Below are positions 9,552 through 19,775 of a DNA stretch of 64,000 nucleotides, one piece after another. Within the stretch, counting starts at the first letter, position 1. Each line of letters opens with the position of its first letter. The position numbers and the translations under genes are program-made. The notes under the pieces were generated by a model, which saw only the letters and a list, made by a program, of their open reading frames with translations, had not been told where the DNA came from and searched no databases. The DNA is from Polyangiales bacterium (GTDB taxonomy: Bacteria; Myxococcota_A; Polyangia; Polyangiales; Ga0077539). The stretch covers positions 32,001 through 96,000 of the forward strand of contig JBGARZ010000010.1 in the NCBI GenBank assembly GCA_044229975.1. Direction: 5' to 3'.

Positions 9552-10262
9552 TCAGCCCTTCGTCAGCGTCTCCAGCTCGCGCAGGTCGAGCCCCACGATG
9601 TCGAACTCCGCGGGCGCCCCACGGCTCATCGCGCGCGCCGTCACCGTCGCCGCGATGCCCTGGTGGTGCAGCCGCTTCGCCGCCGCCTCGGCCGCCGCAC
9701 GCTCCGCCGGGCCCGCGTCGCTGTGCGCGCCGCCCAGCGCCTTCGCCCTCGCCCGCACCAGCCGGGCGTGCTCGGCGATCTTCTCCGTCGGCGTGCGGGC
9801 GACGTCGACCCGCGGACCGTCGTCCCACAGCCGCACCACCTCGCCGCTCAGGATCGCCACCGTGTCGTCGGCCTCCGTCGCCGTCGCGAGGTCGAGCAGC
9901 GCGTTGACCCGCTGCGGGCCCATCGCCGTGAAGGTCTCCGCGGTGACCTGCCCCGCCGCGCGCACGAGCCGGTCGGCCGTTGTCGGGTGCAGCTCGAACT
10001 CCTTCGCGCAGAGCGCGCCGAAGTCCGGGTGCCCCGCGGCCTCGCTCATGCCGGGCTGCCGCAGCACCGCGAGCGCCTTGCCGAGCTCGTACATGCTCCG
10101 CGAGGTCGCGCGAAACGCCCCGCGCGCCTTGTCGAGCGCCGCCTGCGCCGCGGCGGTGAGCTCCGTGTCACCGACCGCGACCGGCGCCTCGATGATCTCG
10201 TAGCGGGGGGTCTTCGTAGGGGACTTCTTCGCCGGGGCGGCGGTCTTCTTGGTGCGGGCCAT
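9552..10262 (-). CDS. hypothetical protein (DUF3102-like helical region)
   Basis: [30 protein letters not shown] pattern and a basic N-terminus. ATG at 10262. Confidence 0.6.
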   Translation of the reverse strand: MARTKKTAAPAKKSPTKTPRYEIIEAPVAVGDTELTAAAQAALDKARGAFRATSRSMYELGKALAVLRQPGMSEAAGHPDFGALCAKEFELHPTTADRLVRAAGQVTAETFTAMGPQRVNALLDLATATEADDTVAILSGEVVRLWDDGPRVDVARTPTEKIAEHARLVRARAKALGGAHSDAGPAERAAAEAAAKRLHHQGIAATVTARAMSRGAPAEFDIVGLDLRELETLTKG

Positions 10263-10332
10263 GGCGTCAACTTGCAGACGTGCCGGTCGAAGCGTCAATG
10301 GTTCTCCGTGCGACTTCCGGCACGGACTCGCG

Positions 10333-10830
10333 TCACCGACGGCGGCGAGGCCCGTCGTAGAGGGTCGAGACCAGCGCCTCGGCGAAGCGCTCGGAGCCGT
10401 AGGCGCAGGTGGCGATGCGCGCCCGCGCCGACTGCCACGTCAGGCCGCCCTGCTGGGTCACGGTGCTCGACGTCGAGGACGCGGTGACCTCCTCGCCGTG
10501 GGGGAGCAGCTCGTCGGAGGTGCCGGAGAAGTCGGCCGTCGCGAGGGTCTCGCGGTCGGCGCTGAGGGAGACCTGATCCCAGAAGGAGACGTGCACACGG
10601 AGGCGCGGCCCGCCGCCCTGGAGGACGAAGCCGTGGCGCTCCAGCGAGCGGGTGAGCGAGCGCTCACAGCTCGTGGTGACCTCGGGGTCGAGGTCTTCGG
10701 CGCCGGCGAAATCGAGCTGCAACCCCGGGCGGTCGGGCGCGATGGTCGGTGCCACGGGCGGGGTCATGGTGGCGCACCCGCAGAGGGTGGCGAGGAGAGC
10801 CGCGAGCGCGAGGGGGGCAGGAGCGTTCAT
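10333..10830 (-). CDS. hypothetical lipoprotein
   Basis: [19 protein letters not shown] lipobox-type signal. Confidence 0.7.
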   Translation of the reverse strand: MNAPAPLALAALLATLCGCATMTPPVAPTIAPDRPGLQLDFAGAEDLDPEVTTSCERSLTRSLERHGFVLQGGGPRLRVHVSFWDQVSLSADRETLATADFSGTSDELLPHGEEVTASSTSSTVTQQGGLTWQSARARIATCAYGSERFAEALVSTLYDGPRRRR

Positions 10831-10920
10831 GACACGGCCTCCGATGCGTGGGCGGGCGTGGACGTTCGCGCCCCGTCCGCGACTCTGGCGGCGTTGGCGT
10901 CGACGTGTCAATCGACGCGC

Positions 10921-11505
10921 CTACTCCGCGTCCTCCGCCAGCGCCCGCTCGCCCATGCGCCGCGCCGCCCGCAAGAACTCATCGCTCAACGGCGTCCCGC
11001 CCACCGCGCGCGACAGCGACAGCGCCCCGTACATCAGCGCGATGAGCCCGAGCGCCTCTTCGCGCCGCGCGCTGCCTTCGCCCAGCAGCCCCGCGAGCGA
11101 GCCCACGAAGCCGTTGAGCTCGGCTTCCAGCGCGCTGCGGTACGGCTCTCCCTCGCGCGCGATCTCGGGCGCCGCGTTGGGCAGCAGGCACCCCGCCTCG
11201 ACGTTGTCGCGGTGCGCCCGCGACAGGTACCGCTTCACAACACCCAGCGCCTTCTCGCGCCCCGTCGCGCCCTTGGTGGTGGCGAGCATGCGGTCCCACA
11301 TCGTGCTGGCGGCGCAGCGGATGGTCTCGGCGAAGAGGTGCTCCTTCGAGTCGAAGTGCCCGTAGAACCCCCCGACGGTGAGCCCCGCGCCCTTCATCAC
11401 GTCGCCCACCGAGCTCGCCTTGATGCCGCGCTCCCGCAGCAGCGCCGCGGCCGACGCGAGGATGGCTTCGTGCGACCGCTGCTTCTGCTCGGCCTTCTGG
11501 TTCAC
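10921..11505 (-). CDS. TetR/AcrR family transcriptional regulator
   Basis: [29 protein letters not shown]. The GTG start overlaps the thiolase stop (GTGA). Confidence 0.93.
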   Translation of the reverse strand: MNQKAEQKQRSHEAILASAAALLRERGIKASSVGDVMKGAGLTVGGFYGHFDSKEHLFAETIRCAASTMWDRMLATTKGATGREKALGVVKRYLSRAHRDNVEAGCLLPNAAPEIAREGEPYRSALEAELNGFVGSLAGLLGEGSARREEALGLIALMYGALSLSRAVGGTPLSDEFLRAARRMGERALAEDAE

Positions 11506-12737
11506 AACCGCTCGATGATGGTGGCGATGCCCTGTCCGCCGCCGATGCACATGGTCACCAGCGCGGTGGCCTTGCCGGTGCGCTCCAGCTCGTCGAGCGC
11601 CGTGCCCAGCAACATCGCGCCCGTCGCGCCGAGCGGGTGCCCGAGGGCGATGGCGCCGCCGTTGACGTTGACCCGCTCGGGGTCGATGCCGAGCGCCCGC
11701 GTGGTCTGCAACACGACCCCCGCAAAGGCCTCGTTGATCTCCCAGAGGTCGATGTCACGGGCGTTCATCCCGGCGGCGCGCAGGGCCTTCTCGCTCGCGG
11801 GCGCCGGGGCCGTCAGCATGATGAGCGGCTCACTGCCCACCGTCGCCATCGCACGGATGCGGGCGCGCGGCTTCACGCCGTGCTCGCGGACGTAGCGCTC
11901 GGAGGCGACGAGCACCGCCCCAGCGCCGTCGGCGATGCCGCTGGAGTTGCCCGCCGTGTGCAGGTGGCGGATCGCACCGGCGCGGGGGTACGCGGCGAGG
12001 GCGATCTGGTCGAGCGTCTCGCCGTCGGGGCCGACGGCCATCTCGCCGAGCGCCGTGAACGCAGGCTTGAGCGACGCGAGGCCCTCGGCCGTGGTGTCAG
12101 GCCGCGGAAACTCGTCGCGGGAGAGAGCGACCGCGCCGGTGGCCGGGTCGAGGACGTCGAAGAGCGAGCGGTTGAAGCGACCCTGCTCCATGGCCGTCGC
12201 GGCGTTGCGCTGCGAGCGAAGGGCGACGCCATCGATCTCCTCGCGGGAGAAGCCTTCGAGGCTCGCGATGAGGTCGGCGCTGATGCCCTGCGGAACCTGG
12301 AACACCCGATCCCGCAGCCGCACGTTGCCGCCATCCTGGCCGCCGCCGTCGGAGCCCATGGGGACGCGCGACATGCTCTCGACGCCTCCCCCGACGGCGA
12401 GGTCGAGCGCGCCCGAGCCGACACCCATGGCGGCGAAGTTCACGGCCTGGAGGCCGGAGCCGCAGAAGCGGTTGAGCGACACGGCGGACACGGCGTCGGG
12501 CCAACCCGAGGCAAGGACGGCGTTGCGGGCGATGTTGGCGCCCTGCTCGCCGACCTGCGAGACGGCGCCGACCATCACGTCGTCGACCGTGGCGGGGTCG
12601 AAGCCGCCGCGACGCTGGAGGGCGCGCAGGGTCTGGGCGAAGAGTTCTTGCGGGTGGAGGTTGGAGAGGGCGCCCTTGCCGGCGCGGCCGCGGCCCCGGG
12701 GAGTGCGGACGGCGTCGAGGATGTATGCGTGGTTCAT
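11502..12737 (-). CDS. acetyl-CoA C-acyltransferase (thiolase)
   Basis: [36 protein letters not shown] and CIGGGQG. AAGGAG RBS upstream. Confidence 0.96.
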   Translation of the reverse strand: MNHAYILDAVRTPRGRGRAGKGALSNLHPQELFAQTLRALQRRGGFDPATVDDVMVGAVSQVGEQGANIARNAVLASGWPDAVSAVSLNRFCGSGLQAVNFAAMGVGSGALDLAVGGGVESMSRVPMGSDGGGQDGGNVRLRDRVFQVPQGISADLIASLEGFSREEIDGVALRSQRNAATAMEQGRFNRSLFDVLDPATGAVALSRDEFPRPDTTAEGLASLKPAFTALGEMAVGPDGETLDQIALAAYPRAGAIRHLHTAGNSSGIADGAGAVLVASERYVREHGVKPRARIRAMATVGSEPLIMLTAPAPASEKALRAAGMNARDIDLWEINEAFAGVVLQTTRALGIDPERVNVNGGAIALGHPLGATGAMLLGTALDELERTGKATALVTMCIGGGQGIATIIERL

Positions 12738-12756
12738 GGTCTCGCTCCTTCGGATG

Positions 12757-12793
12757 ACGGCCATGATATTATGGCCGTACTCCGTCGGGTCAA
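12757..12793 (-). promoter_or_regulatory. candidate sigma70 promoter and TetR operator for the thiolase-tetR operon
   Basis: Palindrome ACGGCCAT-N6-ATGGCCGT (12757-12778) overlaps minus-strand TTGACC-N16-TAATAT. Confidence 0.55.
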
Positions 12794-14325
12794 GGGGTGC
12801 GATCGAGGTCGAGGTCGACGCGCCATGCTCCGCGGCGGCGGTCGTCCCAGACGGAGAGCGTTCCGGCGCGCGAGTCCATGGACATGGCAGGGTCGTGGTC
12901 GGCCCGGCTGGTCGCCGAGTCGCTGCCCACCACGGAGCCCGCCTCGCGGTCGAAGGTGCACGCGAAGTACCCGTGGGTGTCGCTGCCGTACAGCCGCGCC
13001 TCGCCGCAGCGGGCGTCCATCTGGCAGCGGTAGCCCACCGGCGTCGGGCGCCGCGCCACCCGCAACGAACACCTCGCGCCCACCGCCACCGGCGCGTGCC
13101 CGGTGATCGCGCGCACCCTCGCGCTGAAGACCATCGACGGCGCCGCGCGTCGCCGCACCATGCGCTCCGACCACGGCCACCCGAGCGCCCCGGCGTGCAC
13201 GAACACCGTCATCACGTCGCCCTCGTGGAGCCCGTGAAAGGTGGCCGCCGACACCTCCAGCTCGACCTCGTCGTGGTGGTCGTCCCACCACGGGATGTAG
13301 AGGTAGCGGTGGTCGGACTTGCGCGTCGCCGTCCGTCGCCGCGCGATGGTCACGTCGTGCGGGGTCGCGGTGCTGCGGTCGAAGAGCGCGTTGACGAGGA
13401 AGAGCGTCTCGGTGCCCAGCACCACCAGCGGGAAGAAGCCCAGCATCGCGACGCCGAGGAAGTTGCGAAACGAGCGCGAGTGGCCGCGCACCCACAGCCA
13501 CGTCGCGGGGACGAGCAGCAGCCAGACGCCGAAGGTCCACGCCCGCGCGGTGTGCTGGTCGGAGGGGAGCAGCGGCGAGCGGTAGTCGGTGTACCCGACG
13601 GGCAGCGCGAACATCGCGAAGAGCGACACCACGAAGGCCACCGCCGACACGAAGGCCATCACGTCGCCCCGCATGCGCCGCGGCGCGGGGACGTCCGCCG
13701 GGTCGATGGAGGGGATGGTCTCCGCGAGGGCCGAGAGCCCTTCGAGCGCGTGATCGATGTCGTCCTTGTGCGGGGGTGTTCCGTCGTCGCGGCCGAGGCG
13801 CACGGCGACTGCACCGGGGCCGAGGCGCGCGTTGGGGTGCTCTCCCGCGAGCAGGACTTCGACGGCGGCGCGGGTGGCGGGCGTGGCGAAGGCGCGCTTC
13901 ACCAGGGCCTCGGCCTCGTCGGTCTCCAGGTACACGCGGCCGTCGAAGCCCGCGTCGCCGGTCTGCACCTCGCGGTTGAGCCCGAGGCGCTTGCCCAGCC
14001 GGTCGACGGAGGTCTCGCGGCGGGCGTGGATGCGCGGCATCGTCACGTCGCACAGCAGCAGCAGCCAGCCGAGGTCGTAGCGCCCTTCAGGGCACACCAC
14101 GAAGGCCGCGCGCTTGCCCCGCCACGCGAACTCCACGCCCCGCTGCGGCGACGCCCACCAGGGCACCGCGACGTCGCGCGGACCTTCGGCGCCGAGGGTG
14201 TGGGCGAGGGCCGTGAGGTGCTTGTCCCGGCGTCGCCGACGCACACGGTTGGTCAGTGGCATCACCACCACGAACACGAGCGCCAGGGTGACGAGCAGGA
14301 TGGCGGCGATGACCGGGACGTCCAT
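12790..14325 (-). CDS. hypothetical membrane protein
   Basis: N-terminal TM helix, three central TM helices and a Cys-containing C-terminal domain. ATG at 14325. Confidence 0.75.
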   Translation of the reverse strand: MDVPVIAAILLVTLALVFVVVMPLTNRVRRRRRDKHLTALAHTLGAEGPRDVAVPWWASPQRGVEFAWRGKRAAFVVCPEGRYDLGWLLLLCDVTMPRIHARRETSVDRLGKRLGLNREVQTGDAGFDGRVYLETDEAEALVKRAFATPATRAAVEVLLAGEHPNARLGPGAVAVRLGRDDGTPPHKDDIDHALEGLSALAETIPSIDPADVPAPRRMRGDVMAFVSAVAFVVSLFAMFALPVGYTDYRSPLLPSDQHTARAWTFGVWLLLVPATWLWVRGHSRSFRNFLGVAMLGFFPLVVLGTETLFLVNALFDRSTATPHDVTIARRRTATRKSDHRYLYIPWWDDHHDEVELEVSAATFHGLHEGDVMTVFVHAGALGWPWSERMVRRRAAPSMVFSARVRAITGHAPVAVGARCSLRVARRPTPVGYRCQMDARCGEARLYGSDTHGYFACTFDREAGSVVGSDSATSRADHDPAMSMDSRAGTLSVWDDRRRGAWRVDLDLDRTP

Positions 14326-14393
14326 GGCGGCCGACGACCATAACGCCTCTTGACCCGCGCGTGCGCGGCGCTTCACCTTCCCGCCCCACTGCC

Positions 14394-14822
14394 ATGGACG
14401 CGCTGATCATCAACGCCTCGATCACGATCCCCGCCGAGGCGCTCGCCATGACGGCGGTGCGCGCCAGCGGCCCCGGCGGGCAGAACGTCAACAAGGTCTC
14501 CTCGAAGGTCGAGCTCCGCTTCGACCTGGCGGGCAGCACCGCGCTCGCCGACGACGTGAAGGAGCGGCTGCGCGCCCTCGCGGGCAAGCGCGTCGACCAG
14601 GAGGGAACGCTGCTGCTCACGAGCCAGAAGACGCGCGACCAGGTGCGCAACCTCGACGACGCGCGGCTGCGGCTGAAGGTGATGGTGCTCCAGGCGCTGG
14701 AGGTTCCGAAGCCGCGGAAGGCCACCGCGCCGTCGCGTCGGGCGAAGCAGCGACGGCTCACCGCCAAGCACGTCACCAGCGACCGCAAGAAGACCCGCGC
14801 CCGCCCCGCCTCGGACGAGTGA
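14394..14822 (+). CDS. arfB: alternative ribosome rescue peptidyl-tRNA hydrolase ArfB
   Basis: RASGPGGQNVNKVSSKVELRFD (GGQ motif) and a basic C-terminal tail. Confidence 0.95.
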   Translation: MDALIINASITIPAEALAMTAVRASGPGGQNVNKVSSKVELRFDLAGSTALADDVKERLRALAGKRVDQEGTLLLTSQKTRDQVRNLDDARLRLKVMVLQALEVPKPRKATAPSRRAKQRRLTAKHVTSDRKKTRARPASDE

Positions 14823-14872
14823 GCGGTCAGTAACTGGCCGACGCCCCCGCGGTGGTGCTAGCGCCCACGACC

Positions 14873-16654
14873 GTGAAGCGTCGCCTACGAAGCTGGTCCA
14901 TCGGGGTGTTCGTCGTGTCGTGCGCCGCGTCCGCTGGTGCGCAGACCCCACCGTCGCCGTCCTCGCAGCCCACCGCGCGCGTCGCCGTCCCCACGCGCAC
15001 CACCGCGCCCGAACCTCGCCCCGTCGACGCCATCCTCGGCACCGTCGAGACACCATCTCTCGCGGCGCTTCGTGAGGCCGAGCGCGCCGCCGAGCTCCCG
15101 CGCGAGACCTCCGACACCCTCGCCACCGCGGCCCAGCGCGACGGCGCCACGCTCGACGAGAGCAGCCTCCCGGCCGACCTCGCGGGTCGCCTCCAGATGC
15201 CCGCGCTGCCCTTTCGGATGACCACCCGCATCGCCCGCGAGATCGGTCTCTTCCGCACCGACTCGCGCGCCCGCCGCCTCGCCCAGCGCTGGACCGCCGC
15301 CGCCGGTCGCTACCGCACGCGCCTCCAGCAATCACTCGTCGCCGAGGGCATGCCCACGTCGCTGCTCTGGCTCGCCGCCGCCGAGAGCGGCTTCGACCCG
15401 CGCGTCGAGTCGAGCGCTGGCGCCGTCGGGCTGTGGCAGTTCATGCCCGACACGGCGCGGTCGTTCGGGCTGCGCGTGGACACCTGGGTCGACGAGCGCC
15501 GCGACCCCGAGCACAGCACCCGCGCGGCCGTGCGCTACCTCCGCGACCTGCACGAACGCCTCGGCTCCTGGGAGCTGGCGTTTGCGGCCTACAACATGGG
15601 GTACACCAACCTCCTGCGGTCGATTCGCAAGTACAACACCAACGACTTCGACACCCTCTGCGCGCTCGAAGCGGGGCTCCCCTGGGAGACCATGCATTAC
15701 GTTCCGCGCATCCTGTCACTCGCGGTCGCGGCGCATAACCCGGGCGTCTTCGACATCGCGACGGAGCCCGCCGAGGCGCCGGTGCAATGGGAGGACGTCG
15801 AGCTGCCGCGCTCGCTCCCGCTCAACGCCATCGCCCGCGAGGCGCAGGTCTCCGAGACGGCGCTGCGCAACCTCAACCCCGCGCTGCTCCGCACCCGAAC
15901 GCCCCCGCCCGGCGCGCAGACGCCCTTCGTGCTGCACGTCCCGCAAGGGAGAGGCGCCGCGGTGCGCGCCGTCATCGCCAGCATCGAGACGCCCGCCACG
16001 CGCTCGTACGTGCTGCGCCACGGCGAGACCCTCGACGAGGTCGCCACGCGCTTCGGAACGCGCCCTCCGCAGGTGCTCGCCCTGTCGGGCCTCGCGGCCG
16101 ATCACTCCGTCCGCCCGGGCACGCTGCTGCTCGTCCCCGACCGCGCGCCCGCGGCGGAGACGGTGACGGCGCCGATGACGGTTCCGTTTGATGGAGCGCT
16201 GTCGGCGATGGCCGCGCCGGACGGAACCCACCGCGTCTGGATGCGCCTCGCCGCGGGCGATACGCTCGCTGCCGTGGCCCGCGCGCTCACCGTCGCGCCC
16301 GACGACCTCGCCCGCTGGAACGCCCTCGACCCCAACGCCCGCCTCCACGGCGAGATGTGGTTGCAGGCCTTCGTGACCCGCGCGCCCGACGACACCGCGC
16401 GCACCTTCGCCGAGTCCGACGTGACCGTCGACGACCGCCTCGCCGACGCCTTCCACGACCGCGCGGTCAGCGCCGCGGGCCAGGTCCGGCTGCGCGTGAC
16501 GGTCGCCCGCGACGACACCTTCGCCAGCATCGCGACGCGCTACGGCACCACCCCGTCGCGCCTGGAGCGCATCAACCACCGCGGCCAGCGCGACCCGCTG
16601 ACGGCGGGCGAGACCGTCGTCGTGTACGCGGACCGCGCCCGCGCCTCGCAGTAG
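14873..16654 (+). CDS. mltD: lytic murein transglycosylase (MltD-like SLT domain plus LysM domains)
   Basis: AESGF, GAVGLWQFMP, AAYNMG and ETMHYVPRI, followed by several LysM repeats. Signal peptide present. Start could be 14852. Confidence 0.9.
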   Translation: MKRRLRSWSIGVFVVSCAASAGAQTPPSPSSQPTARVAVPTRTTAPEPRPVDAILGTVETPSLAALREAERAAELPRETSDTLATAAQRDGATLDESSLPADLAGRLQMPALPFRMTTRIAREIGLFRTDSRARRLAQRWTAAAGRYRTRLQQSLVAEGMPTSLLWLAAAESGFDPRVESSAGAVGLWQFMPDTARSFGLRVDTWVDERRDPEHSTRAAVRYLRDLHERLGSWELAFAAYNMGYTNLLRSIRKYNTNDFDTLCALEAGLPWETMHYVPRILSLAVAAHNPGVFDIATEPAEAPVQWEDVELPRSLPLNAIAREAQVSETALRNLNPALLRTRTPPPGAQTPFVLHVPQGRGAAVRAVIASIETPATRSYVLRHGETLDEVATRFGTRPPQVLALSGLAADHSVRPGTLLLVPDRAPAAETVTAPMTVPFDGALSAMAAPDGTHRVWMRLAAGDTLAAVARALTVAPDDLARWNALDPNARLHGEMWLQAFVTRAPDDTARTFAESDVTVDDRLADAFHDRAVSAAGQVRLRVTVARDDTFASIATRYGTTPSRLERINHRGQRDPLTAGETVVVYADRARASQ

Positions 16655-16661
16655 GTCCGCC

Positions 16662-18278
16662 GTGGGTCTGCTCCGTCGGGTCGTCGCCCTCGCCGCGCTG
16701 CTGCTGGCGGGATCATCCGCCGTCGCGCAGCAGTTGCCGCCGAGCGTTCGCGCGCAGTTCGCACAGCCCGCGGCGACGGCCGCGCCCGCGGAGGAGCCCG
16801 ACGAGCGCGTCGACCCGGAGTCCCCGCGCGCGTCGTTGCAGCGCTTCGCCGACCTGACGCAACGCGGTCGCTGGGAGGAGGCAGCGCGCTTCCTCGACCT
16901 CGTGGGTCGCCCGCCGGAGGACGGCGTGAGGCTCGTGCGCGAGCTGCGCGAGGTGCTCGACCGGTACACGGGTGTTGATCCGTCGGTGATGTCCTCGGAG
17001 CCCTCGGGCGACCCCGACGACGGGTTGCCGCTGCGGGTGGACGAGCTCGGTCGCGTCCCGGGGACGACGGCGGCGGGCGAGCCGGTGCGCCTGGCGCGAC
17101 GGGATTTTCCTGACGGTGTCCGGTGGGTGTTTACGCGCGCGACGGTGCGTCGCATCGACGACTGGTACGCGCACCTCGAAGGCCGCTGGGTCCGAACGCA
17201 CCTGCCTCGCTGGTGGTTGCAGTCGGGCGCGCGCGGCGTGCAGCGGTGGCAGTGGCTGGCGCTGGGGCTGGGCTTCGCGCTGGCGATGGCGCTGGGGCAG
17301 TTGCTCGCGGGGCTGACGCTGGCGGTGAGCGGGCCGGTGCTGCGCCGGGTGGTGGGCGTTCGCGACGAGTCGCTGACGACACACGCGCGCGGGCCGCTCG
17401 CGTGGTTGTGGGCAGTGGGTCTCGTGTCGCTGTCGGTCGGGTATCTCGACCTGACCCGCGCGGGGTCGAGCTTCGTGCAGGACCTCCTGCGCGCACTGCT
17501 CTTCGCGGGGTTGTTCTGGGCGCTGTGGCGCACCATCGCGCTGCTGGCGCGGGCCTTTCAGGAGTCCGTCTGGGCGCGGGCGCACCCGGGCTCGGTGACG
17601 GTGGTTCCGCTGCTGGTGCGGGCCGCGCGGGTGGTGCTGGCGGCGGTGAGCGTGGTCGCGGTGATCTCCGCGCTGGGCTACCCCGTGGCGAGCCTGCTGG
17701 CGGGCCTCGGGTTGGGTGGTCTCGCGCTGGCGCTCGCGGCGCAGAAGACGATGGAACACCTGCTGGGCAGCGTCGCCATCGGGCTCGACCAGCCCTTCAG
17801 GGTGGGCGACGTGGTGAAGCTCGACGAGCACACCGGCACCATCGAGAGCGTGGGGTTGCGCTCGACGCGGGTGCGAACGTCCGACCGGACGCTGGTGACG
17901 ATCCCCAACGGGAAGATCGCCGAGCTGCGGGTGGAGAACTACACGCAGCGCGATCGGCTGCGGTTGTTGACGACGCTGTCGCTCGACCTGGAGACGCCGG
18001 CGGCGCGGGTGAAGGCGGTGCTCGCGGCGGTGGAGGCGGTGCTACGGGCGCACCCGAAGCTGTGGACGGCGGAGGTCTACGTGCTGCTGAAGGGCGTTCG
18101 GTCGGACGCGCTGGAGGTGGAGGTGATGGCGTGGTTCGAGACGAGCTCGCTGGAGGAATTCTGGGGGTACCGGCAGGAGGTGCTGCTGGGCTTTCTTGAG
18201 GCGCTGGAGGGGTTGGGGGTGAAGCTGGCGCGGCCGTCGCAGACGCTGCATTGGGCCGGAGTTCGCGTGCCCCCATGA
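16662..18278 (+). CDS. mscS: small-conductance mechanosensitive channel (MscS family) with a periplasmic N-domain
   Basis: LLAGLGLGGLALALAAQKT, DQPFRVGD, GLRSTRVRT and IPNG. Confidence 0.92.
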   Translation: MGLLRRVVALAALLLAGSSAVAQQLPPSVRAQFAQPAATAAPAEEPDERVDPESPRASLQRFADLTQRGRWEEAARFLDLVGRPPEDGVRLVRELREVLDRYTGVDPSVMSSEPSGDPDDGLPLRVDELGRVPGTTAAGEPVRLARRDFPDGVRWVFTRATVRRIDDWYAHLEGRWVRTHLPRWWLQSGARGVQRWQWLALGLGFALAMALGQLLAGLTLAVSGPVLRRVVGVRDESLTTHARGPLAWLWAVGLVSLSVGYLDLTRAGSSFVQDLLRALLFAGLFWALWRTIALLARAFQESVWARAHPGSVTVVPLLVRAARVVLAAVSVVAVISALGYPVASLLAGLGLGGLALALAAQKTMEHLLGSVAIGLDQPFRVGDVVKLDEHTGTIESVGLRSTRVRTSDRTLVTIPNGKIAELRVENYTQRDRLRLLTTLSLDLETPAARVKAVLAAVEAVLRAHPKLWTAEVYVLLKGVRSDALEVEVMAWFETSSLEEFWGYRQEVLLGFLEALEGLGVKLARPSQTLHWAGVRVPP

Positions 18279-18477
18279 GCCGGGGTGCAGTCGCTCACTC
18301 CGGGCTATTTCACGTGGTCACCTCGCTGCGCGAGGTTGCAACACTGGTTTCAACGAACATCCCATCGACCACTCATCGGCAATCGTGAGCCGTTGCAACC
18401 TCGCGCAGCGAGGTGACCACGTGAAATAGCCCGGAGTGAGCGACTGCACCCCGGCTCATGGGGGCACGCGAACTCCG
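18257..18477. repeat. perfect 86-bp inverted repeat with a 49-bp spacer
   Basis: 18257-18342 is the exact reverse complement of 18392-18477. Confidence 0.95.
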
Positions 18478-18480
18478 CCC

Positions 18481-19650
18481 TCACCCGTGCTGCACCAGGA
18501 AGTAGATGATCAGTCCGAAGACCGAGACCATCACGGCGGTCTCCAGCTTGCTCACCATGCCGTCGTCGCTGATGGACTTCCACAGCACCAGCAGCGTCGG
18601 AAACGACAGCAGCAGCACGCTCGTGGTCTCCATGTCGATGGCCAGCACCCCGCCGTGCGGCAGCCGCGGAATCACCCCGACGTTGGCAAACGTCGCCATC
18701 ATGATGAGCGTGAGCGGCAGCACCACGAAGGGCATCTGCGTCACCGCGCCCGACACGTTGGACAGCGCCAGGTCGGTCTTCTTCTTGAAGTGCGCGCTCG
18801 CGATCATCAGGTAGCTCGCGATGCCTGAAAACAAGCTCACGATGATGGCCCCGACCATCTCCGAGTAGCCGCGGTGGCTCAGCGCGTCGACCAGCGCGTC
18901 GGCGAAATCACCCACCGCATGCCCGCCCAGAAACGAGCCCGCCATGCCGATGGTTCCGTAGAGCACGATGGGCCCGAGCGGCTGCGACGCCTCCTCCTCC
19001 TTCGCCGCGTGCGCCGGGTCGGCGTCGGCCGCGGAGAAGCGCGCCAGCAGCTCGCGCACCGACACCACCTGAACGCCCAACAGCGCGATGCCGATGGCGT
19101 ACAGGTCACCCGCCCCGAGGCCCTCGCCGCGGTGATCGCCCGCGTCGAAGACCTTCAGCGTCAGCATCAACGCGCCCAGCGCCAGAAACACCCCCGCCGC
19201 GCACGCGAGCAGGTCGGCGCCGAGCTTGGTGATGGCCGGAGGGAGCAGCGCGTGGCCGGTCTCGTTCTTGGGGAGGAGCGCGGAGTACCCGCCGAAGATG
19301 AGCGCGTTGACGTGCAGCGTGAGGCAGGTGACCACGAAGGCCACGCGCGGCGCGGCAGCGACGACGAAGCCGAGCATGATGATCTCGGGGACGTTGGACG
19401 CGAGGCCCGCCATGGTGCCGGCGACGAAGTCGTTCCAGCGTTGGCGGCGGCCGAGGGCCTCGACGCACTTGATCATCGACTCGCAGGAGCCGAAGACGAG
19501 CGCGAGGCCGCCGAGGCCCAGCAGCACCGGCGCCAGGAAGCCTGGTCCGACGTGCGCGCGATGCATCCAGGTGCCGACGCCGCAGACGGCCGTGCCGACC
19601 GCCAGCGCGTACTTCCAAAGGGGTGAGTCTCCGCCGCCTCCGCCTGACAT
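18481..19650 (-). CDS. Ca2+/cation antiporter (CaCA/CAX-like)
   Basis: Alpha-repeat-like MAGLASNVPE and ALSNVSGAVTQ..FVVLP. About 11 TM segments. Confidence 0.75.
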   Translation of the reverse strand: MSGGGGGDSPLWKYALAVGTAVCGVGTWMHRAHVGPGFLAPVLLGLGGLALVFGSCESMIKCVEALGRRQRWNDFVAGTMAGLASNVPEIIMLGFVVAAAPRVAFVVTCLTLHVNALIFGGYSALLPKNETGHALLPPAITKLGADLLACAAGVFLALGALMLTLKVFDAGDHRGEGLGAGDLYAIGIALLGVQVVSVRELLARFSAADADPAHAAKEEEASQPLGPIVLYGTIGMAGSFLGGHAVGDFADALVDALSHRGYSEMVGAIIVSLFSGIASYLMIASAHFKKKTDLALSNVSGAVTQMPFVVLPLTLIMMATFANVGVIPRLPHGGVLAIDMETTSVLLLSFPTLLVLWKSISDDGMVSKLETAVMVSVFGLIIYFLVQHG

Positions 19651-19775
19651 GATCGCTCGGGAATAACACCACCCGCCTCCGAGTCGCCACGCCGACGTTG
19701 CTTGCTGTCGCGGTCGCTTCGGGTTTAGAAGCCACACCGGGTCTTCGCTGGAGAGGTCTTTTGCGATCGCGTGAC

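Noticed and set aside
9552..10262. Prophage or integrative element around the DUF3102-like gene
   Set aside because: No integrase, structural genes or att-like repeats seen.
18257..18477. Possible CRISPR mini-array (repeat-spacer-repeat)
   Set aside because: The repeats are inverted, 86 bp long and only two in number, and no cas genes are in the window.
18077..18828. Two ORFs with the identical start MSDCTPAHGGTRTP
   Set aside because: They are by-products of the 86-bp inverted repeat and overlap real genes on the opposite strand.
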